Positions 52,568 through 64,000 of a stretch of DNA of 64,000 nt are shown piece by piece. Source of the stretch: Octopus sinensis (Eukaryota). Positions within the stretch are counted from its first letter, which is position 1, and every line of letters starts with the position of its first letter. A program made the position numbers and the translations under genes. Where the stretch lies: positions 54,932,001-54,996,000 of the forward strand of contig NC_043010.1 of assembly GCF_006345805.1 (NCBI RefSeq), given 5' to 3'. Under the pieces are notes generated by a model. It was not told the origin of the DNA. It did not search any database and saw nothing but the letters and a program-made list of their open reading frames with translations.

Positions 52568-52815
52568 CTAGATATATAGATACATAGATAGATAGATAGA
52601 TAGAGATAGATAGATAGATAGATAGATAGATACATAGATAGATAGATAGACAGACAGACAGATAGATAGATACATACATACATACATATGTATATATGTA
52701 TTATGTATATACATTTTATCAGACATAAATGGTTTTAGAAGTATATTTATGAAGAAAGAATTATGGCTGTGGTGAACCATCTCTGTGTCAAAATACATAT
52801 ATGTTCGAAAGTATG

Positions 52816-52846
<31 letters not shown>

Positions 52847-53124
52847 ACATATGAGAGTATATAGGTGGTAATTTCTTCATGAGTATGTGTTAAGCGTTGG
52901 CTACAGTCGCTCTATAGATAAACAACAACGTCACCTATCATCAACCGCAGCTGGATGAAGCAATGTACTAGATGACCGAATTATGTTTACACATAGATTA
53001 TTACATGATTTTCGTTGTTAGTGGACTAAACTGCTGCAAAAAGACGGGAAAGAATTGTTTTGGATTCCTTCTTTTGATTGCGTTGCTACTGCTGGGACAA
53101 ATGTTAGTCATGGTATTGCTGTTG

Positions 53125-53155
<31 letters not shown>

Positions 53156-53500
53156 ACTACTACTACTACTTCTATTACTACTGCTACTACTGCTACTACT
53201 ACTATACTACTACTACTACTACTACTAGCATTAGTCATGCTACTAGTGCTACTATTATAATTATTATTATTATTACTCCTACTACTGATAATAATAATTA
53301 TGATAATAATAACAATAAGAAGAAGAAAAGAAGAAAAAGAAGAAGAGGAGGAAGAAGCAGATAAAGGGAAGGAGGAAGAAGAAGACGAACATGGAGGAGA
53401 GGAGTAGAAGATGAAGAAGAAGAAGAGGGAGAAAAAGAGGGAGGGGGAGGAACAGAAGAAGAAAGAAAGAATAATAATAACAATAATATAATAATAATAA

Positions 53501-53531
<31 letters not shown>

Positions 53532-53545
53532 AAGAAGAAGAAGAA

Positions 53546-53590
<45 letters not shown>
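52430..53590. repeat. Microsatellite fields (TA, GA, GATA; ACT, ATT, AAT, GAA)
   Basis: Visible at 52430-52700 and 53125-53590. Confidence 0.9.
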
Positions 53591-53599
53591 CTCTTTCTA

Positions 53600-53795
53600 C
53601 TAAACACAGCTGAATTTTGGGTGTACGTGGTTAGTCGATGGCATCGACCCTAGTGTTTCACTGGTACTTAATTTACCGACCTAAGAGGATAGGAAGCGAA
53701 GTCGACCTCATCGGAATTTGAGCTCCGAATGTAGCGCCGGGCGAAATCCCGCTGATCAATTCATCGAGCATGCTAACGATTCTACCAGCTCGCTG
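53600..53795 (-). mobile_element. Old SINE family A copy
   Basis: CTGGTACTTAATTTACCGACC...GTCGACCTCATCGGAATTTGAGCTC...CCAGCTCGC. Confidence 0.75.
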
Positions 53796-53929
53796 CATCG
53801 CGAGAATTTGGAGCATGAGAACAGGAAAGGTTGTTCCTATAATAATTCTTCCGTTGGGAACAGTAAAACAAACTTTTGACAAATCGCTGAATAGGAGGCC
53901 ATCCTCAGGCGTCCGTGTGGCAGCGGTAA

Positions 53930-55860
53930 CAGGGCTTCTATTAATCCAATTGTACTTTACAAAGCACTCTGGTTTGCACGCAAGAAAGCAGGTCTCACCT
54001 GGGATGAAATCGATGTGGTGTTATCTGCCAGAAAATCAAACATTAAATGTAAAAATAAGCTAAGATATGCCTGACAGTTTTGATGTCACGATGGGAAGTT
54101 CTGACCCATCACAACTGGCTGATTTGATCGGTATATATATCCTTTACGAGATATGGAGGTTTGACTCGTGATGGTTCTCTACTCTAGCTTCAAATATTTC
54201 TAAGCAAAAATTACAAAAGATTAAAAAGAAGCTGGTTAAATTTTTCCGGAATATGGGGGTTAAAGATTATTTTCGATTATGATAAAACTAAAGCCTACTT
54301 TTTGGACATACCCCTACCATAAACCCTCAACTAATTTAAAATATATTATCTTTTTTCCGTAATCAACCGCAGACAATTACGAGAAACCTAATTAGAAATA
54401 TTTCACTTAGACTATCTACTAATGTCGATATCTTCAACACTAAAGTCGAGTTTTATTACTCTGCCTTACTTAAAGCAGGCTATAAAGAAAACAAATACGT
54501 ATATCAACCCTATTGACATTAATTCTGCTTGAATAAATCAAGACATAAAAACACATCGTAACGGTAATAACAATATAAATTTTAGTTCGAAAAACAACAT
54601 TAAAGCAAAAGATGTATTTTTGCAACGTAAGGGAGACAACCGTTCTTTATTCACCTTTATACGTAAGAAAAATAGGTGTACCACTTTTAAAGATAATTAT
54701 CCAAATAACAAGGTGGACTCTAGTAATACAACTTGGTTGAGCATTCCAGTTGGTTATCAGATCAAATCCAACCCCCCTTATCAGTTTTGTGAAGCTATCG
54801 ACAAGAATTTTCCAAAGAATTCCAGGTACCATTCCATTATCAATTCACACCGAATTAGGATAGGTATTTTAAACACCAAAAACCTTTCTCCAATCATTTC
54901 TTCGCATAACCATTAGTTGTAAAACACAAATCCACTTAATGAAAATAATAATAGTGATATTATAACGATAATAACAACAATATTATTTCTGACATAAATT
55001 CGAATCGAATTCCTTTCTTTACCAGTAATTCTAAAACTAGAAACTCTCTGTTTATCAACGTAAAATTAACTCCGTTTCTGACTTCTATTTTTATAGAAGT
55101 AGTTCTTCGTCTCAGTTGTCGAAACATATCAATAAGCGCATCAATACTGGGCTTGGTAATTGGGTCTCTATAGGAACATAATAATCATTTCGGTTTGTAA
55201 TGGAAAATTCTCTCTCTAGATCCTTCACGTTTAACAAAGGTAACTCTTTTTCTCGCTATATAACGAAGAGCAAATTTTCATTCTTTTCTCGAAAATACTC
55301 TGTAAACACGTTTGAAGAACGCGTTTATCTTCGTAAACATTGGCAAAAACATACCTTTAGTTCCTATAAGTTATGTCTACTAATCTATAAGACTCGCCTT
55401 TCAGGTGTCCTCTTACAATTCATGCCCACAACATATTTCACGCTTTTAAACTATATTCCCATTCCTCTATCACAATTTATATTTTCCACTCTTCATTTTC
55501 TGTTAATTTCTTTCTTATCCTTCTCTTTCTCTAAATTACCTTTGATGTTAAATCTATTAACGTTTTTTTTTTTAAGTTAACTTGGTAGCATTCTCCTTAC
55601 ATCACATATTTACGTACGCGATAATCACGTTCAGTTAAAATAGCTTATTGATGTGTTTTGTTCCTTTTATCCCTGACGAGATGATTGTATTCTTTTATAT
55701 CACTTTTGTTCCCCCCGGAATAATCTGAATGCTTTTCTCGAAACATATGTTGCAAGTATAGAGGATTTGAATAACACCTTCGTTTCACTCCATCTCATAA
55801 TTTATCCATGTTATACAAAAGTATTTCACTTAACCCTGCAATTTCTATCTTTATAAGTAA
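53930..55860 (+). mobile_element. Decayed Penelope-like element (RT, linker, 3' region with hammerhead-like motif)
   Basis: SINPIVLYKALWFARK..DEIDVVLSARKS; FDVTMGSSDPSQLADLIGIYIL; GLTRDG (decayed YRDDG); PYHKP; NPPY..CEAIDKNFPKNSRYHSIINSHRIRI..NTKNLSPIISSHN. Confidence 0.85.
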
Positions 55861-55957
55861 GGTGTAATATCCTTGACACTCATGTGAATTTTTGCTACCT
55901 TGGTAACAATTTTTTTATTCCATGTTATTTACACACATTGAGAAGACAAACATACAC

Positions 55958-56002
<45 letters not shown>

Positions 56003-57772
56003 CTGTGTGTGCGTGAGGGCACTAGTCAGCGCTAGTATTGCTAGAAATAAGGGTTAAAACAACTCATAGCTACAAGAAGCACTTAAGTCAATGACGGGAT
56101 TTGGGTCATTCGTTGGTATAAATATTTACCAATTATCTGTAGCGGTGGGTTTGGTGAATATATGCACTTGACTTCTTCCGCTTATCTAACTGGATGTTTC
56201 TAACTTCTGAAAAAAGGTGTTTTTCACAATTTCATTATCAGCTTTAATGTCCAACTACAGAGGGAATTTAGAATCATGGAAATATATATTTGGCGTCTCC
56301 CATCTTAGATGTATGCAATTCCAGTTTTCGGTTCTCAATTTTTCTGCTGTATACACAATCGCTCTATCTGATGATAATTTGTTTTTCACTCTAAATCATT
56401 CATAGAATATGCAATACTGTATACTCGTGTCGCGTGGCATTCAGTCGACTACTTGTGTTTTACATATGTTCATTCACTCCGACATTTAACTGATGACAAA
56501 CACCTCTGTATATTTGCTTTTATAGTTACTTTATCAATATATTCAATGCTTGCATCCTACATAACTATACCTACCAACAGCAATTCCTCTCTGTCTCTCT
56601 CAACTTTTATTTCTCTCTTTCTCTTTTTCTTTCTGTCCATCTGTCTACATCTCTCTCTCCTCTCTGGTTATCTACCTATTTTTGCTATTATAACTGTCTC
56701 TTTCACATATAACTTTAAGTTAATGCGACATGTCTCTTCATTCAGGAAATAGCTCTTGGTTTAAGCTCAGCTAGAATTAAAAATAAACGAGATGCAGAAC
56801 GGTAGAATGAAGCAAACCAAATGAAACATTTCTGACTTGCAATATTATATTTGATGACCCGAAGGGCGTAAATGCAGAACAAATGTATTTCTCCAATTTT
56901 GCTTAACCATTTCATAAGGGTATAAAGATATATTTGTAGCAGAGCATTATCAATATTACTGTAGATAGATACAGAAATGATATCAGTGCAGGGAAAATAT
57001 AATTTCCAAAAGAATATCAATGCTGCAAGTTTATATACGGGTTTGATATAATATATAATATACATTTAATATAACATACAACAGAGAAAGTCACTTAGCA
57101 TGCAACCCAAATAGTTAGACTAATATAGATTTTGCAGCGCATGTTTTTATTTTCATATATAAGTCTTCAGAATTGTAACTCGTTGTTTGGGTCTATGAGC
57201 ACATGATGAATAAAATGATTGAATAAAGGCTGATTTCATGGATAATCCCTTTTGGGAAAGAGGAACGAAGATTACAATTTACAATTGTATCGCGTTGTTA
57301 TTAGATAACAGCATTTGCTAGTTAACCTGTATAGTTATATATATATCTCTCTCTCAAATCAAATTCTACCGTCTCTGAAATGTCGGCCGTTGAAAAGGAT
57401 GGATGCTGTTAGCTGTTGCGCTGAAAGATTCCTGCGCAATAGGAATAATATTGCTCACAATCGTGTTGATCATTTTCAGTTCTACATGAGAACAGAGAAA
57501 CAGAATATACAGTAATAACACACACATTAAAGAAACCAACATAAAGTATAACAACTGCAGTATTTTCTGTTGTCAAATAATAAATTTCACAAGACTTGTA
57601 GATTTAGCGTATTAGATTCATGAGGCTTATGCATTTTTCGGTATTCTAAGTTAAACAATTGTCTTTTGAACTTCAGAAAAAAACCTTCAGACTATACAAT
57701 GGTGATACAAAATGTCAATCAACAACTACTATGAAAATTGTGATAATAAATATAATTATATCTTATTGTTTC

Positions 57773-58006
57773 GTACGTTTTGTTGCCCACAAGGGTCTAA
57801 ACATAGAGGGGGACAAACAAGGACAGATAAAGGAATTAAGTCGATTAAAGCGACCCCGGTGCTTAACTGGTACTTAATTTATCGACCCCGAAAGGATGAA
57901 AGGCAAAGTCGACCTCGGTGGAATTTGAACTTAGAACGTAACGACAGACGAAATACGGCTACGCATTTCGCCCGGCATGCTAACGTTTCTTCCAGCTCAA
58001 CACCTT
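57773..58006 (-). mobile_element. SINE family A with 14-bp TSD
   Basis: TATCTTATTGTTTC at 57759-57772 and 58007-58020. Confidence 0.92.
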
Positions 58007-59309
58007 TATCTTATTGTTTCTTGTCTCTGCCGAAAAGCTTGCAAAGAATATACTAACTTGTTGCCTGGAGTGGTAACGAAGGTTATCTCTATAGAATTTA
58101 CATGGAAATTTTAGCTAGTTATAATTTTGTTACTACGTTTCGTATTCACTTTTCATCATCAATCTCATTGTTGCTAACATCAGGAGTCTCGGATGCAAAG
58201 CATCTGTCATGAAATATATAGATCGTTCTAGGTGTTGATATGACTGCGTGCATATTTTTACAAGCGTTCATACTGAGATGAAAGAATATATACAAGATCT
58301 ATATATATACTACATAAAAGTATATTTAATTCTTCTATCGATGATGATAAAAAGAATCAAATTGTAGAAACTAGTTGAATGAAGTAATCGATGCAAGGAA
58401 GTTCAGAGATAGAAAATGTAGAAATAACAGCTAAGTGGTGGTTTTCAGTCATGTGTTTTAGAGAATTAGACGGACATAGCAATGACGTGACAGGCTCTAA
58501 GTTGAACCGACTAAGAAGCAAAAAGCTGGGTTAGCAAGTTGTTTTTATTAATGGGACGCTAGACATTCTAGAAACTTCGAAGAGAGATGCTAGGCTTCGT
58601 GAATAATTAAGGCTCACGTCTCATGACACAGATTCTTCGAGAGACTCAGAAAAGGGATGTTACTCTATGATCTTTCTTGCAAAAGTGATCATTCAAATAT
58701 TTAGCTACCCACGCAGCACTACACGACGTAATAAAATCAGTGTTGGCTATAATTCCTCCAGAAGATCTCTAGAAACAACCTTAACAAGTGGTGAAATAGC
58801 ACTGCTAACACAGTAGAGTAAGGTACTGACTTATAAAAATACTTGATATTATTTTATCAATATATTAGGCTTGCATTACGAAATACGATGATTTTATACA
58901 TGTCATTAATAATTACCTACCAGCTTCCAGACGTGTGCTGAATATGTAGAATCGATATGTCCAATAACATTATATGTTGTTGTTATTTAAGCAATTTGTT
59001 CGTGGATTACTAAAGTGTTGGTTGGGTGCTGATGATGGGACAAAAGCTCCCGAATTATGGCATACATGGCCATTAACCATTTTTCATTTTCGAATTCATT
59101 GTTGTTTGCATCAGAAATCGCGTATATGAAACCTCGGACCAAGATCAATGTTGGCTAAAATTTCTACAAAAAATCTGCAACGATAACGATAACGAGTAAA
59201 TGCTAACACAGTTAAACACAGCATCAGATTATATAAAAAAAAAAACGTTTTATATATTTTCTAGTTTATTAAGGTTGCATAACGAAATAGGGTGTCTCTA
59301 CAGGTTATG

Positions 59310-59625
<316 letters not shown>

Positions 59626-60565
59626 TAATAATACTGAAATTCTAAGGATGTTTGTGCGTAGCCGAAATATTTCAAAAATAGTATATTTTATCTTAAATAT
59701 TTTTTCGCATATTTATTTCCATATTTACCTTCGGCAGTGCAGTGCAAATTTTTGTGACATTTTGAACATCCATTTATTAGTGAAAACAAGTAAACACAAT
59801 GTTTACCGAATACACACACATATAGTGAATGTCATGCCGAGTCTATAGACGCAAATACACGTCCGCAGTCTGTGATATATACACACATACATAGACTTCG
59901 CGCTCTATGAGAAAAAACAAAAAAAAAACGTCGATTTTTTGACGTACATAATATTTGAATCATTTAGAAATATGTTTAACTGAATGTGATTTCAAAAATG
60001 TAAGTTTCTTTGTACTGAAAGTATTTATATTTTAGTTTTCTTTAAACAGACAATATTTTAATGTTTTTTAAAAAGTATTTTCAAGTCTTTAATTCCTGTA
60101 ATTTTCTTAAATTTATTAAATTTAGTTTTAAAGTGAAAGAGAACAATTAACGAACAAAACCAGCTGATACGGATAGCATAACTGAGAGTTAACACAACAG
60201 ATCTTATAGTCAAAGCGAAATATCATCACAAGGGAATACCATTTCGAACATTTTTTGGAGTGCATTCAACGTGTCTCAGCTTTAAAAAAATTTGACTGCT
60301 ATTTCTAGCACGCCCTGCTATTTCGAAAACATTATTAGTGGTAAAAGACCCGAAATACCTGTTAGGTGGTAGCAGGGTGTGCAAGAATTAGCATCCAAAC
60401 CTTTGCATTTCCAGGGAAACGAGCCGTTTATGAATGATTTCAATGTCACATTCGTTGAAAGCACGCGAAATAAGCTGGAGAACAAAAGAAAATTACCATT
60501 AATCAAAACTCATTGCTGGTTAACTCAGACTTTCAAGTCGACCTAACGGGTCACAGGTCTAGTCT

Positions 60566-60648
<83 letters not shown>

Positions 60649-60649
60649 T

Positions 60650-61045
60650 TAGGCGTAGGAGTGGCTATAGGCATAGGAGTGACTGTGTGGTAAGTAGCTT
60701 ACTTACCTACCACATGGTTCCGGATTCAGTCCTACTATGTGGCACCTTGGGCAAGTGTCTTCTACTGTAGCCACGGGCCGACCAACGCATTGGGGATTTG
60801 GTAGACGGAAACTGAAAGAAGCCCGTCGTATATACGTATATATTTGTGTGTCTGTGTTTGTCCCCCAACATCGCTTGACAACCGATGCTGGTGTGTTTAC
60901 GTCTCCGTAACTTAGCGGTGCGGCAAAAGAGACAGATAGAATAAGTACTAGGCTTAAAAAGGATAAGTCCTGCGGTCGATTTGCTCGACTAAAGGAGGTG
61001 CTCCAGCATGGCCACAGTCAAATGACTGAAAAAAGTAAAAGAGTA
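60650..61045 (+). mobile_element. SINE family B, lacking most of the internal microsatellite
   Basis: Head AGGCGTAGGAGTGGCT (duplicated), CACCTTGGGCAAGTGTCTT, tail GTAAAAGAGTAAA. Confidence 0.9.
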
Positions 61046-61880
61046 AACTTTAAAGAGTATATATATATATATACACACTTATACATGAATATCTATGTAT
61101 ATTTACACACACACAAGCACATACACACACACGTGCATATGTATATTTTTGTGTGTATGGTATGTGTGTGTGTGTGTTTGTGTATTTCTGCTCACGCTTA
61201 CACATATTCACACTTCACTATATATATATATACTTTATGTATACAGACGTAGTTACATTTATTTCATATGAGCATATATTTATGTATGTATGAATACAAA
61301 TTTAAGCTGACTTCAGCTTAACTTTTCCATGATAGGTGATAGGAAATTGTAGTCAAATTTACGCAATAAATTTGATTTCACAATCAGTACAGAACAAGAC
61401 CAACATAAATGCGTAGTTGGTACTCTTAAAATTGCTATAAAATAGTAACACCATATCAACATTTGCAGACGCATAAAATATATTAACAGAATTTTCCTAA
61501 CATGTGAGTCCTTATTTTTTTCAGTTGCTCATATACACGCCACAAGATACTTAATACCTAATTCACTTACTCTCTACTTAAGCATACGTTTCATGGTATG
61601 TTTCCTCTTGTCTGCAGATAAAATGGCTTATTTACGACGTTTATATATGTATATTGGTTGAAACGTGTTCCATGAATATAAAGTCATATTGTTTCGATCT
61701 TTTCGTTGTTCAATTTCCATCTTCCACATTATAGGTTGGAAAATGTCAACTCTAAAAATAAAATATATCTATCTCGCATCGTTTACGCAGTGTAATGTTT
61801 TTAAGAATTCGCTGTATGTTTCCTCCTTTGTTACTTTCTGGGTTGTGTCTAACGTTCCCAATGCTGTCTGATTGTGTGTG

Positions 61881-61924
<44 letters not shown>

Positions 61925-62013
61925 TGTGTGTCTGTGTGTGTGTATACATACAACCAAACATAGGGAACGTTAACCCTTCCCCCCACACATGCATACATAC
62001 GTACATATATATG

Positions 62014-62095
<82 letters not shown>

Positions 62096-62123
62096 ATTAA
62101 ACCTCGTCAAGTTAAATATTTCA

Positions 62124-62190
62124 ATCACCTGAAGAATGACTGTAACTCGAATTTTTACGAATTGGACAGCCATGAAACGATCGTAGTGTT
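62124..62190 (+). ncRNA. Type I minimal hammerhead-ribozyme motif, copy 1
   Basis: cac-CTGAAGA(62129)-ATGACTGT...ACAGCCAT-GAAA-C(GATC)GT-A(62185)-gtg; palindromic stem III ACGATCGT. Confidence 0.7.
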
Positions 62191-62322
62191 ATACTAATTA
62201 TCTTTTTTTAATAATTTTGATATATATTTAAAATAATATAAGTTAATTAATCTTATGTATTGGCTTAAGTTTTTCATCGTATGATTTGCCTAATAGTGGT
62301 TTTATCTCTAATTTAATAATAT

Positions 62323-62361
<39 letters not shown>

Positions 62362-62390
62362 TGATTAACCTCGTCAAGTTAAATATTTCA

Positions 62391-62457
62391 ATCACCTGAA
62401 GAATGACTGTAACTCGAATTTTTACGAATTGGACAGCCATGAAACGATCGTAGTGTT
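62391..62457 (+). ncRNA. Type I minimal hammerhead-ribozyme motif, copy 2
   Basis: Identical motif; CTGAAGA at 62396, predicted cleavage after 62452. Confidence 0.7.
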
Positions 62458-63429
62458 ATACTAATTATCTTTTTTTAATAATTTTGATATATATTTAAAA
62501 TAATATAAGTTAATTAATCTTATGTATTGGCTTAAGTTTTTCATCGTATGATTTGCCTAATAGTGGTTTTATCTCTAATTTAATAATATATATATATATA
62601 TATATATATATCAGTGGTTAAATTTCGAAGCTGATCTCGAATAAATATTGGGACATTGAAACTGAACTATACCAAGAAGTGCCGTAGATGTACACAGATA
62701 GGAAACTTAGACAGACGTCAATCTATTTCACGTAGTTTCTGAGATTCTTTTGTTAAGGAATATGTCGTTGAATAAACTACAAATTGGTCAATTTTCTAGT
62801 AAATTGAAATAGTGTAATACTAAATAAACGAAGTAAAGTCGCGATGGGGCCAGCGTATAAAATTGAGCCGCCTTAATTGCAAAGTTCCGAGGCAAGTTTA
62901 TGCCTAAAAGTTCTTTTTTTTTCTTTTTGCAAATGTAATTACCATGTCAGTATTTTCGTGAAAAAGATTATTCTTAAGACTTCAAGTAAAAAATGCCAAT
63001 ACCGGCTCCATTTTTACCTTCAAATTGGGGTTAATTTTGCAAATGTTAGGCAAAAATAGTTGACTATGTAACGTTTTATAAGAATATAAGTAATTAATAA
63101 ATAAATAATATTTAGGATTAATTGGAAAACTTTACGTGTCTGAATTATATCAGTAAAAATAAATCATATTTATCAAAACTTGATAAATTAACCGAATTGA
63201 ATATTAAAATTAAAATTTCCAAATTTATTATATGAAATAAAAAAACATGTCTTATTTTATTTTAAAATGATTAAGTCAATATTTGCATTCTAATATCAAT
63301 AGAACAAATGTCTTCTCAATGTTTTTAATTAAAATTTTAAAATATTATAAAAGTTCATTTTGGTGTTAGCAATTTTTTTCTCATACAAATATTTTCTGTT
63401 AATATTTTTCCTCTTTTCGAATCACTCAG

Positions 63430-63850
63430 TTTGTGGCCATCATGTCCGGGCTGCAAAGGTCTGAATTGAAGTGATGCCAACAACTATCGTAAATATCTAC
63501 ATCAGAGCATTCTCGGCAATACCAAACTCTCCATCTAATGCTTGGTTTTCTCTTAGTGATATTAATCGACTCATTAGTCGTATCCTTGGGGTATCTTGCT
63601 ATGTACTCTAAGTGTAGTTACAGAACATGAACCTGATCACACCCTCCCTCTCTGCCTCAAAACAGGTGGCATATGTTTCCTCTACATGTTTCTGAATGGT
63701 GCCATTCAATCGATCAACATGTACATAATTGGCTTTTCTAATTTGCCACAAGTTCCTCACTGGCTTTTTCATATAATTTAAATTTTTGACACGAAAAATT
63801 CCCCTTGCTTTTTCAAATATATCTGAAACATCCTTGAAAATGATAACACA
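63430..63850 (-). mobile_element. Possible decayed piggyBac-like transposase C-terminus
   Basis: DRLNGTIQKH and RVWYCRECSDVDIYDSCWHHF resemble the piggyBac linker and Cys-rich tail; frames broken. Confidence 0.35.
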
Positions 63851-64000
63851 CTTTTACCTGTAATGTTCTATGCTTTCCTCATTAAAAAAATTCTTTAAAA
63901 GCTTTGCCTGTGTAGTAGAGTGGACTAGAGGAGCATACACGGACAGGTATGTGAAAATAACTTTAATTAGTTTGAAATATACAGGAAAATGGAGATTTAC

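Larger units (their letters stand above)
62092..62590 (+). repeat. Head-to-tail dimer, 267-bp period, each unit containing a hammerhead motif and ending in (TA)n
   Basis: Units start near 62092 and 62361; identical except for a 1-nt indel and the TA tract. Confidence 0.95.

Noticed and set aside
59022-59070. CTGATGA-T-GGGA(caaaagc)TCCC-GAAT hammerhead-like motif (similar remnant at 36226-36270, minus strand)
   Set aside because: GAAA and stem III are mutated in several positions; too degenerate to call

Overview
AT-rich, microsatellite-dense metazoan genomic DNA, most likely octopus. This is an inference from the SINE families and repeat landscape, not a database result. I recognise no host protein-coding gene. 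Most ORFs in the track are microsatellite or antisense-SINE artefacts, and a few short exon candidates are listed at low confidence. The window is dominated by mobile DNA: three or four tRNA-derived SINE families (one repeatedly multimerised through the same junction), two non-autonomous Helitrons, a mariner, a Tc1-like fragment, RTE, CR1 and Dong/R4 LINE remnants, a decayed Penelope-like element (PLE) and a possible piggyBac remnant. The most interesting signal is a set of short, mutually dissimilar segments carrying PLE-type minimal hammerhead-ribozyme (HHR) cores, usually ending 60-210 nt downstream in a (TA)n tract. These include a 267-bp head-to-tail HHR dimer at 62.1-62.6 kb (retrozyme-like) and three fold-back hairpins that appear to be built from HHR sequence, one of them pre-miRNA-like. 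All alignments, folds and translations were done by eye, and repeat boundaries are approximate.
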